Assembly: GCA_016184225.1 (NCBI GenBank)
Contig: JACPDA010000004.1
Coordinates: forward strand, 343,927 to 407,926
From: Candidatus Daviesbacteria bacterium
Lineage (GTDB): Bacteria; Patescibacteriota; Microgenomatia; Daviesbacterales; UBA10151
Direction of reading: 5' to 3'
Length of the DNA stretch: 64,000 nt
Every line of letters begins with the position of its first letter. Positions within the stretch are counted from its first letter, which is position 1. The position numbers and the translations under genes are program-made. Positions 16,592 to 25,383 of the stretch are shown piece after piece. The notes below the pieces were generated by a model. It was given only the letters and a program-made list of their open reading frames with translations. It made no database searches and was not told the origin of the DNA.

Positions 16592-18076
16592 ATGTTTAAG
16601 ACTATTTTTGTGCTCATAGTATTGGCGTTTATTATCAGAATACTATTTATTTTCCAAGGAGGAGTTTCTTTCCACTATGATATGGCCCGGGATGCTTTTG
16701 AAGCCCGGGAGATTTGGAAAGATCATAATTTAAAAATCTTAGGCCCCTCTACTTCTACCCCGGGTCTTTATCATGGTGTTTTTTATTATTATTTAATTGC
16801 CCCTTTCTATATGTTGGGTCAAGGGGATCCCCGGGTTGTGGCAATTTTTCTTATTCTTATTAACAGCCTGGTGGTTATTCCGCTTGTTATTATGGCAAAA
16901 GATATTTTTAAAAGCAAAAGATGGGCTTATCTTGCAGGAGCTTTATTTGTTTTTTCTTTTGAAGCAACCCAATATGCCCCTTGGATCTCAAATCCCGCGC
17001 CGGCAGTGCTAAGCGTTGGTCTGTTTTTTCTCTCCTTGTATCTTTGGCAGAAAGGGAAAAGTTATGGTTTGTATCTGGCAGTTTTTTTAGCAGCAGTGTC
17101 TACCCAGTTTCAATTTTTCCTAAGTTATCTGTTTATTTTAATACCGCTGTTTGGAATGATTTTTAAGATTAAGACTTCGCTAAAAACCGCTGGATTATCT
17201 TTGTTGATTGCTGTTTTAAGTTTGTCAAGCTTTTTGGTGGCGGCAATAAAATTTAATACCTTAGGGACTATTTTTCTTGGGTTTTTAAATATCGGAGCTG
17301 CGGGTCCGATTGATTTCCGGACTCAGTTTGCAGAAAGTATATTAAATTACCTTAACCGGTTTACGGAAATTTTTATCTTTAATTTTTCTCCGACAAATGT
17401 TTTTGTAGGAGGAATACTGGCATTAGCGGTTTTATATGCCATAAGGCGTGAGCGGTTGCTGCTTTTTTTCCTTTTTTCCAACCTGCCTATATTTATATTC
17501 GGAGGCCATACCAATACTTATGCCAATGTCGGATTGGTAGTCCCCGCAATTTTGGCCTTTACTTTGTTTTTGCGAAATATCTGGAAAATTGACAGAAAGT
17601 TTGTCTATATCATTATTTTTCTTAGCCTAATTTCCAATCTGGTAACAATTTCCAAAGTAAACCCAGGGGGTCAAGTTATTTTAGTTATCCCAAATGATAT
17701 GAACCTAAAGCAGGAGTTAAGTTTAATAGACGAAACTTACAAAATTGCTGCCGGGGAACCGTTTTCAATAAATACCCTAACACTCCCCTTGTGGACAAAC
17801 ACAACTTGGGCCTACCTATACGATTGGTATGGCAAAAGCAAATATGGTTATGTGCCGCAATTTACAGGTCATAACCAGATTGGACTATTAGGTGTTAACT
17901 CTTTGAAGAAAATAGATAAACCTCTGACTAAAACATTCCTGATAATAGAGCCGGAGGAAGGTATACCGCCAAGATTTTTTAACGACGAGTTGGATACGGA
18001 AAATAGTAAAACTAAATTGATTAAGGAAATAACTTATGGTTCCATTAAACTGCAAGTAAGGTCTCCGAATGAATAA
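16592..18076 (+). CDS. GT-C-fold integral membrane glycosyltransferase-like protein (paralog family A)
   Basis: This is a multi-TM protein. Its motif FHYDMARDAFEAREIW...LKILGPSTSTPGLYHGVFYYYLIAPFYML is paralogous to 13299-14774 and 18069-19601. Confidence 0.65.
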   Translation: MFKTIFVLIVLAFIIRILFIFQGGVSFHYDMARDAFEAREIWKDHNLKILGPSTSTPGLYHGVFYYYLIAPFYMLGQGDPRVVAIFLILINSLVVIPLVIMAKDIFKSKRWAYLAGALFVFSFEATQYAPWISNPAPAVLSVGLFFLSLYLWQKGKSYGLYLAVFLAAVSTQFQFFLSYLFILIPLFGMIFKIKTSLKTAGLSLLIAVLSLSSFLVAAIKFNTLGTIFLGFLNIGAAGPIDFRTQFAESILNYLNRFTEIFIFNFSPTNVFVGGILALAVLYAIRRERLLLFFLFSNLPIFIFGGHTNTYANVGLVVPAILAFTLFLRNIWKIDRKFVYIIIFLSLISNLVTISKVNPGGQVILVIPNDMNLKQELSLIDETYKIAAGEPFSINTLTLPLWTNTTWAYLYDWYGKSKYGYVPQFTGHNQIGLLGVNSLKKIDKPLTKTFLIIEPEEGIPPRFFNDELDTENSKTKLIKEITYGSIKLQVRSPNE

Positions 18077-19601
18077 AAGGTTAATCATTACTATTTTAGT
18101 AATTTTATTGGTAGGTATATTCTATCGTCTCGCACTCACTACAGATGGGAATTTTCTTTTTAATATGGATAATGCACGGGATATGGTTGATGTCCGGGAA
18201 ATGGTAGTTTTACCTAAACTGCGGCTTATTGGTCCGACATCTGCTATTGAAGGTTTCTATAACGGGCCGGCTTGGTATTACTTATTAGCTATTCCCTTTA
18301 TGCTTTCCGGTGGTGACCCATATGCTTCAATCCTGATGGAGATAGGCCTTTGGGCCATAGGCGGCTTTTTTCTTTTAAAATTAGTCAGCAGATGGGGATC
18401 CTGGTTGGTAGTGCCGATAGGGATTATTTGGGTTGCCTCAAACTATATAGTTTTAACCAACCTTTACGCTTTTAATCCAAATCCGGTTACACTGCTTTCC
18501 CCCTTATTTATATATTTATTAGTTGAATACCTGGAAAAGAAAAAGGCAATCTATATAATCTCCACATGGTTTTTGGCAGGGTTATTTTTTAACTTTGAGA
18601 TGAATTTTGGAATATTTACGCCGCTAATAATACTGGCTAGCGTGATTTTAACAAAGAATATTAAACTGCTAAACCAAAAATGGTTTTGGGTAGGAGTTTT
18701 AAGCTTTATTTTAACCCTTATGCCACAAGTGCTTTTTGACCTAAAGCATCAATTTATTATGAGTAGGGCAATCTTACGTCATCTGTCTGAAAATTCCGGC
18801 TTAGGATTTCACCTCATAGATCGTTTCCAGATTATTGCCTCAAGTTTTTATAACACCTTTTTGCCCACACTGATGAACCATAAAATATTTACATCAGTAA
18901 TTTTAATTCTTTTTGTTCCGGTGATCTATGGATTTTTTAAAGCAAAGAAAAAGGAAACAATAGTTTATGCTAGCTTAAGTTTCATTTTTATTCCGTTTTT
19001 GGGCTATTTCATTTTACCGGTTACCGTGAACCCCTGGCACCTGGGAGGAGAGATGGCGGTCTCATTAATTCTGATAGCTTTTTTATTAAAGCATCTTATG
19101 AGCAGAGGGATACAGAATAAAATTATTTCATTGGCTTTGGTAGTTTTAATTGCTTGGTTTGGGTTTTTAAATATTATCAACTTTTTTATACAAGATTTTG
19201 GAAAACCTAATTTGGATCCTTCTTTATATAAAAACGAAATAGCGGCTGTTGATTATGTTTACAAAAAGGCAGAGGGGCAAAATTTTAAAGTTTATACTTT
19301 TATGCCGTCAGTTTATGATTATCCTTATCAATATCTTTTTTGGTGGTATGGCCGGAAAAAATACGGATATATACCAACAGAGTATGCATATGCTCCCAAT
19401 AAGCCCCAATATATTGGCAGTAAAGATAAATTCGAAGGGTCGAAAGAGAATTTTAGCGGCCTGGTATTTTTGATTAAGGAACCAAACAGGGGGCATGATT
19501 GGAAAAGCGGCTGGGAGGCGGACTATAGATTTATGGAGTTTTTATCCTCGGAAAAATTGGGAGTAATTGATATAGAGCTAAGGCGTGAAGTTACGAAATA
19601 A
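18069..19601 (+). CDS. GT-C-fold integral membrane glycosyltransferase-like protein (paralog family A)
   Basis: FNMDNARDMVDVREMV...LRLIGPTSAIEGFYNGPAWYYLLAIPFML is present in a multi-TM protein. The gene overlaps the previous paralog by 8 nt. Confidence 0.65.
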   Translation: MNKRLIITILVILLVGIFYRLALTTDGNFLFNMDNARDMVDVREMVVLPKLRLIGPTSAIEGFYNGPAWYYLLAIPFMLSGGDPYASILMEIGLWAIGGFFLLKLVSRWGSWLVVPIGIIWVASNYIVLTNLYAFNPNPVTLLSPLFIYLLVEYLEKKKAIYIISTWFLAGLFFNFEMNFGIFTPLIILASVILTKNIKLLNQKWFWVGVLSFILTLMPQVLFDLKHQFIMSRAILRHLSENSGLGFHLIDRFQIIASSFYNTFLPTLMNHKIFTSVILILFVPVIYGFFKAKKKETIVYASLSFIFIPFLGYFILPVTVNPWHLGGEMAVSLILIAFLLKHLMSRGIQNKIISLALVVLIAWFGFLNIINFFIQDFGKPNLDPSLYKNEIAAVDYVYKKAEGQNFKVYTFMPSVYDYPYQYLFWWYGRKKYGYIPTEYAYAPNKPQYIGSKDKFEGSKENFSGLVFLIKEPNRGHDWKSGWEADYRFMEFLSSEKLGVIDIELRREVTK

Positions 19602-20010
19602 TAATAGTGCGGTTTTGATTTTCTCCCTTTCTGATATTAATTTTAACAGCATCTAGCGGCAAAAAATCTTTTATTCTTTCTGCCCATTCAATGAGAACAA
19701 TATTATTTGGATCAGACCAAATTTCCAGCAGCCCCAGGTTTTTTAAGTCTGCTGCCTTATCCAGGCGATATAAATCAATATGATACAGGATTTTTCTGCT
19801 AAATGGGATAGTGTGCTGTCTGATTAAAACAAAGGTAGGGGAGATGATTTTATCTTTAATTCCCAACCCCTTTGCAAAGCCCTGAACAAAAATAGTTTTT
19901 CCCGCTCCCAGTTCGCCGGTTAAGGCAAAGACATGCTTTTTGGTTCCCCTGGCCAAATCTTCTGCTATTTGTTTTGTTTTATCTTCCGAGCTTGAAATGT
20001 ATTTTGCCAT
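19591..20010 (-). CDS. tsaE: tRNA threonylcarbamoyladenosine biosynthesis ATPase TsaE
   Basis: FALTGELGAGKT (Walker A) is followed by ISPTFVLIRQH...YHIDLYRL, the TsaE/YjeE signature. Confidence 0.8.
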   Translation of the reverse strand: MAKYISSSEDKTKQIAEDLARGTKKHVFALTGELGAGKTIFVQGFAKGLGIKDKIISPTFVLIRQHTIPFSRKILYHIDLYRLDKAADLKNLGLLEIWSDPNNIVLIEWAERIKDFLPLDAVKINIRKGENQNRTIIIS

Positions 20011-20899
20011 TTTTCTTTAAGTAAATATACCCTATTGATACTGTTCCCGCAAATATGAAGATTAATCCTATCCAGAGAAAAGGATTGGTTTGTTTTTGGT
20101 TTTTGACAGCAACTTTAGCTTCAGGAGTGGCAGAGGTGCTGACAGCAGCAATGGAAGCTATGCGATAATTTATTTCATTTGAATTTTTTGGTAGAGGGGA
20201 ATTTTCTGTTTTGTTAGAACTGGATATAGGTGTATTTTTTGGGGTAGGTGTGGGAGTGTTGGTTAGGGTTGCGGTCTTTTTGAGGGTTGCGGTAGGGGAA
20301 GGAGTTTTAATTGGGGTAGGTGTGGGGCTGGGAGTGGGGGTTGGAGGTGGGGTGGGACTAGGAGTAGGAGGAGGATCGCTTGCATTTTGAGAACCTGGTG
20401 TTGGGAAAGCTGCAATCCAACTTCCATCCGATTTTCTTTGTAATGAATTATTATCCCCAGCTGCTCCTAAGGCGGTTGAATAATTGATTTCATCTATTAT
20501 GTTTCCATTCGCTGTGTCTCTTAATTTTAGATTTTCCCCAGTATTTGATAGAGAAAACGAACTATCAAAAACTGTTCCTGAAAAATCCGGATGGTCTTGG
20601 AGGAATTGGGTATAATCATCAACGATGACAGCATATTGTTCGTTGGAGACGACGGCATTCCCTTGTTTTAGAGTTAATGTATGTTGTGTGACGCCCTCTT
20701 CAAATCTCCAATTAGTAAGGTCTACATCTGTACCTGTATTAAGTAATTCAATCCATTCTCTGTCGCTGTCAGAACCCTCGAGGTCATACATGATTTCATT
20801 GATTACAATTGAAGAAGCCAGAACAGGTTTTGCTCCAAAAAAGAGGAAAAGAAAAGCAAGAATAAATATTTTACTTCTCACCAACTTAAATAATAACAC
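19979..20899 (-). CDS. Secreted, membrane-anchored lamin-tail-domain (LTD) protein with a Pro/Thr linker
   Basis: A signal peptide is present, and an alternative GTG start at 20881 gives MRSKIFILAFLFLFFGAKPVLASS. The LTD motif is VINEIMYDLEGSDSDREWIELLNTGTDVDLTNWRF. A PTPSPTPPPTPTPSPTPTP linker and a C-terminal TM follow (PFLWIGLIFIFAGTVSIGYIYL). Confidence 0.6.
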   Translation of the reverse strand: MLLFKLVRSKIFILAFLFLFFGAKPVLASSIVINEIMYDLEGSDSDREWIELLNTGTDVDLTNWRFEEGVTQHTLTLKQGNAVVSNEQYAVIVDDYTQFLQDHPDFSGTVFDSSFSLSNTGENLKLRDTANGNIIDEINYSTALGAAGDNNSLQRKSDGSWIAAFPTPGSQNASDPPPTPSPTPPPTPTPSPTPTPIKTPSPTATLKKTATLTNTPTPTPKNTPISSSNKTENSPLPKNSNEINYRIASIAAVSTSATPEAKVAVKNQKQTNPFLWIGLIFIFAGTVSIGYIYLKKNGKIHFKLGR

Positions 20900-20913
20900 A
20901 GGGGCGCTTCGTG

Positions 20914-22083
20914 CTAGGGGATATGCCAGTACAAAGTCACATAATCACTGTTGTCGTGATCAACGACCACGCCCCTGCCTACTGTTCCGGTTAGATAGCA
21001 TGCGCTTGAATCTGAAAACTCATAAGCTACCCCGTCTGCTGCAGCCCTGATAGGAGTCCCGGCATATTCAGCTATATCCAATCCTTTATGCTGGCCCAAA
21101 AAGTATATTTCTCCAAATTTCGTGCTAATTTGGCCTGTCTTACAAGATGATCCACATTCGCTGCCGTCATAACTGGATAGAGGTTTTTCAAATTGTCCTG
21201 AATCTATAAAGGGTTTTGGATCAACTTTATTTTCGCGACCATTCACCGTATTATTTTCCACTTTGGCATTAGTCATGACTTCAAAATGTAAATGCGGTCC
21301 TGTTGAACATCCGGAATTGCCTACCACGGCGATAACCTCGCCTCTTTTAACAGGTCCTTTCTTGACACCGATACTGCCCAGTGCACGCCTGATAGAATCT
21401 GTATCTGCCCGTAGTTGGGCTATTAAAGACTGAAAACGGGCTTCATCATTTTTAGTAATCCTTAAAAGTTCTTCTTTGTCCCTTTTTTGTTGGGTAAGTT
21501 GTGTCTTATAAATTTCTAAATCCTTATTCAACTTTTCAGCCTCTTGTTGTCGCGTTTCCTTATCTTGTTTTTGGTCATTATAGGCAAACTTGGTAGCTTG
21601 CAGCTCATATAACTTTTTCTTATCATATGTCTGGGCTACTTGAATATACTTTAACCTCTCCAAAAGGTCGGCAAAGCCGTGGGATGAAAAAAGTAAGTCT
21701 ATCGCAGATACGGTGTTACTGTATTTATATGTTTGAACAATTCTTTTAAGTAGAATTTCCGATAATTTATCAAGAGTGGCACCAATTCTGTCAATCCTAG
21801 TAGAAAGGTCATTAATTTCCCTTTTGAGTTTCTCTATTTTTAAGTTTGTTTCCTCGATTTTTAAAGTGGTAACTTTGGTTTGGCCGTCAATAAGGTTAAG
21901 CTGGGAATTTAGAGTTTTCTCCTGGTTTCTGGTACCGGCAAGTTGGGCTTCCAGTTTGGCGATTTCAGCTTGTTTGTCGCGAAGTTGGTTGGCTAATTCG
22001 TCAGGTGACTCGGCATGGGCAGGGTACAGAAAGGAAAAGGTCAGAAAAATAAATGTTAAAAGAGCCAGTAATAACTTTTTCAT
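20914..22083 (-). CDS. Coiled-coil M23 (LytM-type) metallopeptidase, EnvC-like; M23 catalytic motifs appear in circularly permuted order
   Basis: A signal peptide is followed by ~230 aa of coiled coil. Next comes GEVIAVVGNSGCSTGPHLHFEV, which is normally the C-terminal HxH block. HKGLDIAEYAGTPIRAAADGV (HxxxD + GTP block) and GRGVVVDHDNSDYVTLYWHI (YxH block) follow, and then the stop. Confidence 0.75.
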   Translation of the reverse strand: MKKLLLALLTFIFLTFSFLYPAHAESPDELANQLRDKQAEIAKLEAQLAGTRNQEKTLNSQLNLIDGQTKVTTLKIEETNLKIEKLKREINDLSTRIDRIGATLDKLSEILLKRIVQTYKYSNTVSAIDLLFSSHGFADLLERLKYIQVAQTYDKKKLYELQATKFAYNDQKQDKETRQQEAEKLNKDLEIYKTQLTQQKRDKEELLRITKNDEARFQSLIAQLRADTDSIRRALGSIGVKKGPVKRGEVIAVVGNSGCSTGPHLHFEVMTNAKVENNTVNGRENKVDPKPFIDSGQFEKPLSSYDGSECGSSCKTGQISTKFGEIYFLGQHKGLDIAEYAGTPIRAAADGVAYEFSDSSACYLTGTVGRGVVVDHDNSDYVTLYWHIP

Positions 22084-22141
22084 AGAACTTCATTATATAG
22101 ATCCTTCGACTCGCTTCGCTCGCTCAGGATGACACTTCGTG

Positions 22142-23014
22142 TCAGATTTTCAGGTAACGCCTGACAGCTGCAAATGAGCCGAGACCTCCAACTAAAAGTG
22201 CCAAAGTTAAACTTCCGCCCAAAAGTCCCAACATAAATAGGGGGTTAACCGGGAGTAACTCCACTTCACCCAGATATCCTTGCAAAAATGGAGTGAAATA
22301 CCAAAGTGAAATATAAGAAAAAGCCCAAGCAGTAACCGCGCCTGCTATACCATAAAAGAGCCCTTCTAGGATAAATGGGTTTCTGATAAATGAAGGCGAT
22401 GCCCCTAAAAGCCGCATAATTTCTATTTCGGTTCTTTTTAATCTGATTTTAAAACCAATAATCATGACTATTACTAAGGTGGCAAAAACAAGTAAAAATC
22501 CGACAGTTGACCCTCCGACAATCCTGATGATCCTGGTGGCAGAAGTTAACGTTGCTACAACATCTTCCGGGATTATCACCTCAGATACCACAGGTTCCCT
22601 TTTTAAGATTTCTGCAATGGGTTGTAGATCCTCAGGGTTTTGGGTAGAAATTTCTAAAGAGGCCGGTAAAATATTGGCAGTTACAAGCTCAAGAAGGGCC
22701 GGGTCATTTTTGTTTCTTTCCCGGTAAATTTCAAGGGCCATATCTTTGGAGATAAATTTGGTTTTAGTAACCCTGGTTTCTTGAAGAAGGGCATCTTCTA
22801 TTTTAGATATGTCCTGGTCGGTGGTGCCTTCTTTGAAGAAGGCAATCGCTTGTGGTTTGCTTTCGAAGTAGCGCAGTGCTGTTTGGGATCCTGCTGCCAA
22901 AATTATGAAGACTTGAAGAGCTAAAAACGTTAAAAACATCACCATTGAGGCGGCCAGAGCCTGGAATGGAGTGCGCCTTATATTTCTTTTTGTAAACGTA
23001 ATTGCCCGACTCAT
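22142..23014 (-). CDS. ftsX: Cell-division ABC transporter permease FtsX
   Basis: An N-terminal TM is followed by a large extracytoplasmic loop and three C-terminal TMs (MacB/FtsX fold). The gene lies immediately downstream of ftsE. Confidence 0.8.
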   Translation of the reverse strand: MSRAITFTKRNIRRTPFQALAASMVMFLTFLALQVFIILAAGSQTALRYFESKPQAIAFFKEGTTDQDISKIEDALLQETRVTKTKFISKDMALEIYRERNKNDPALLELVTANILPASLEISTQNPEDLQPIAEILKREPVVSEVIIPEDVVATLTSATRIIRIVGGSTVGFLLVFATLVIVMIIGFKIRLKRTEIEIMRLLGASPSFIRNPFILEGLFYGIAGAVTAWAFSYISLWYFTPFLQGYLGEVELLPVNPLFMLGLLGGSLTLALLVGGLGSFAAVRRYLKI

Positions 23015-23017
23015 ATT

Positions 23018-23701
23018 TTAAGACTTTAGGTGATATTTCCCCTCTTTAGTATCACTTGAGACTTTGCCGTTTTTTAAAATTACAACCCGCCGTTTTAAGG
23101 TGTTAACAATTTCCTGGTTGTGGGTAGCCATCAAAATGGTAGTACCCCAGGAATTTATTTCATTTAAGAGTTGAATTACTCCCCAAGCCGTTTTAGGGTC
23201 TAAGTCTCCGGTTGGTTCATCTGCCAAAACTATATCCGGTTTGCCCACAATTGCTCGGGCAATAGCAGTCCGTTGGGCTTCCCCGCCGGATAGCTGCCTG
23301 GGAAACAAACCTTTTTTATCCCAAATCTCGACTAATTTTAAGGTATGTTCAACCATCTTGGCTATTTCTTCGTCTGATTTACCTTGTACTTCTAAAGTCA
23401 GGGCTACGTTTTCAAAAACTGTCATGTTGTCCAGCAATTTAAAATCCTGAAAAACTACACCCACTTTCCTTCGTAAATTCGGGACATCGCGATCTTTGAT
23501 TTTAGCAATATCAACCTGCCCCACCATGACTTTACCGCTTGTTGGTAAAACTTCCCTGGTCAGAATTCTAAGTAACGTGGATTTACCTGCGCCGGAGGGC
23601 CCGACTATAAATACAAACTCTCCCTGTTTGATCTTAAGTGTAATATCATCAAGGGCAGCGGTGGAGCCAAACTTTTTTGAAACGGTATCGAATTGAATCA
23701 T
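23018..23701 (-). CDS. ftsE: Cell-division ABC transporter ATPase FtsE
   Basis: GPSGAGKSTLL (Walker A), LSGGEAQRTAIARAIV (ABC signature) and IVLADEPTGDLD (Walker B) are present in a 227-aa protein. Confidence 0.85.
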   Translation of the reverse strand: MIQFDTVSKKFGSTAALDDITLKIKQGEFVFIVGPSGAGKSTLLRILTREVLPTSGKVMVGQVDIAKIKDRDVPNLRRKVGVVFQDFKLLDNMTVFENVALTLEVQGKSDEEIAKMVEHTLKLVEIWDKKGLFPRQLSGGEAQRTAIARAIVGKPDIVLADEPTGDLDPKTAWGVIQLLNEINSWGTTILMATHNQEIVNTLKRRVVILKNGKVSSDTKEGKYHLKS

Positions 23702-23725
23702 AGCGGGTATTAAGGGTACCTCGGA

Positions 23726-24148
23726 TTACTCGGTCTCTTCGATTCTACCGACATCCATTAACCAACCTTCTTTAAGAGCTTTCTGGCTTTCCCCAAAAAC
23801 TTTTACCTTTTTGCCTTCGTATTGCGAAAGATCTACTACGGAGGAAGTTAGTGCCACCGGAACACCGTCTTCCCTAACCAAAAGATGGGTGCCTTCCGTG
23901 TATTCTGCGTCTTCTGGTTGTGGTTTGGCTTTGATAGTACCCTCGGCAAAATCCCTAAAAGTACGGGTATCTTGTTGGGCGGTTTTTGCCTTCCCTGTTA
24001 CTAAGGAAGAAACTTGGGAGCCACTGTTTTTGGTTGAAAGTATGTATCCTGTCAGAGTGCCCAAAACTAGTGCCGCAATAACTACTCCTAAAATAGTGCG
24101 CAGGGGGTTTTCTACGCTTATGAGGGGTTTAGTAATTTTTTCTTCCAT
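23726..24148 (-). CDS. Hypothetical membrane-anchored protein (N-terminal TM plus ~100-aa soluble domain)
   Basis: The TM span is ILGVVIAALVLGTLTGYIL. No family was recognised. The gene sits directly upstream of ftsE. Confidence 0.45.
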   Translation of the reverse strand: MEEKITKPLISVENPLRTILGVVIAALVLGTLTGYILSTKNSGSQVSSLVTGKAKTAQQDTRTFRDFAEGTIKAKPQPEDAEYTEGTHLLVREDGVPVALTSSVVDLSQYEGKKVKVFGESQKALKEGWLMDVGRIEETE

Positions 24149-24205
24149 AATGTATATTAACCCACAAATTTAAGTATTTGTCTACCCCCTCGACTGCGCT
24201 CGGGG

Positions 24206-25318
24206 CTATAGCCCTCTAAGTTCTGCTTCAATAAAGGGCATTAAGTCTCCATCTAAGACTGCGTCTGTGTTGGAGGTTTCTACATTGGTACGTAAATCCT
24301 TGACCATGTGGTAAGGGTGCAAGACATATGAGCGGATTTGGGTTCCCCAGGAAGCCTGGGTTACCGTGCCTTTGAGTTCTTTTTTAAGCTCTGCGCCTTG
24401 CGCCTCTTTTGCAGCCCAAAGTTTGGCCATCAGGAGTTTCATGGCATTTTCCCTGTTTTGAAGCTGCGATCTTTCAGTTTGGGCAGTAACCGTCATTCCT
24501 GTGGGAATATGTTTTAATCTGACGGCAGTGGAAACTTTATTAACATTTTGTCCTCCTGCTCCACCGGATCTGAAAGCTTCAAATTCGATATCTCCTTCAT
24601 TAATTTCAACCTCCTCAGACCCGATTACCGGTAAAACTTCCACTAAAGCAAAAGAGGTTTGCCTTAGATTATCAGCATTGAAAGGGGATTGCCGAACTAA
24701 TCTGTGTGTTCCGGCTTCACCTTTTAAATAACCAAAAGCAAAGCTTTCATGTACAATCATGGAAACAGTCTTGATTCCGGCTTCCTCACCCGGATTTTCA
24801 TCTGTGACCTCAAATTTCCAATCCATCTTTTCAAAATACCTCTGATACATCCTGACTAACATAGCAGCCCAATCCATGGCTTCCACTCCGCCGGCACCCG
24901 AATGGACAGAGATAATAGCCTCAGAGCCGTCATGGGGTTTTGATAAGAATAATTTGAGTTCAAGTTTATCTAAGACTTGTTCTACCTCTTTGACTTCTTT
25001 TTTAAGATCCTCCTGCATGGATGGTTCTTCGGAAACTTCCAGGCAATTTTGAATCCTGGATTCTAATTCTTCTAATGTTTTCAGTGTTTTTTGTTTGTCT
25101 GACAGCTGACGACTGACCCCGATTGAATTGGGGCTGATAGCTGACGACTCTTGAGGGTTATTCCAAAAACCCTCTTTCATAGTCTGGGCTTCCAGTTCCC
25201 TGATTTCAGTCTGCAAATTCTCTCGGTCAATCGCCTGGCTAATTTTTTCAAACCTCTCTTTTAGTTCTTTTAGTTTACTGCGAAGCAGGGAGTGTGCTCC
25301 GTTTTGAATTTCTTCCAT
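24206..25318 (-). CDS. prfB: Peptide chain release factor 2, encoded in one continuous frame
   Basis: SPF (RQSPFNADN), GGQ ([17 protein letters not shown]) and the RF2-type N-terminal region are present. There is no internal in-frame UGA or +1 frameshift site. Confidence 0.85.
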   Translation of the reverse strand: MEEIQNGAHSLLRSKLKELKERFEKISQAIDRENLQTEIRELEAQTMKEGFWNNPQESSAISPNSIGVSRQLSDKQKTLKTLEELESRIQNCLEVSEEPSMQEDLKKEVKEVEQVLDKLELKLFLSKPHDGSEAIISVHSGAGGVEAMDWAAMLVRMYQRYFEKMDWKFEVTDENPGEEAGIKTVSMIVHESFAFGYLKGEAGTHRLVRQSPFNADNLRQTSFALVEVLPVIGSEEVEINEGDIEFEAFRSGGAGGQNVNKVSTAVRLKHIPTGMTVTAQTERSQLQNRENAMKLLMAKLWAAKEAQGAELKKELKGTVTQASWGTQIRSYVLHPYHMVKDLRTNVETSNTDAVLDGDLMPFIEAELRGL

Positions 25319-25350
25319 GGGGAAATTATATCAGGAATTGCGCATAATGT

Positions 25351-25377
25351 TTGTAAATGGCACTTGTGTGCTATATT
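25351..25377 (+). promoter_or_regulatory. Promoter (-35 TTGTAA, 15-nt spacer, extended -10 TGCTATATT) ending 6 nt before the ATG at 25384; likely leaderless transcript
   Basis: TTGTAA lies at 25351-25356 and TGcTATATT at 25369-25377. The first plausible start is ATGAGTGAA at 25384. Confidence 0.35.
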
Positions 25378-25383
25378 AAGCTT

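Noticed and set aside
20625-21050. 141-aa plus-strand ORF spanning the LTD gene start and the M23 gene end
   Set aside because: It is antisense to two well-supported genes and has no motifs.
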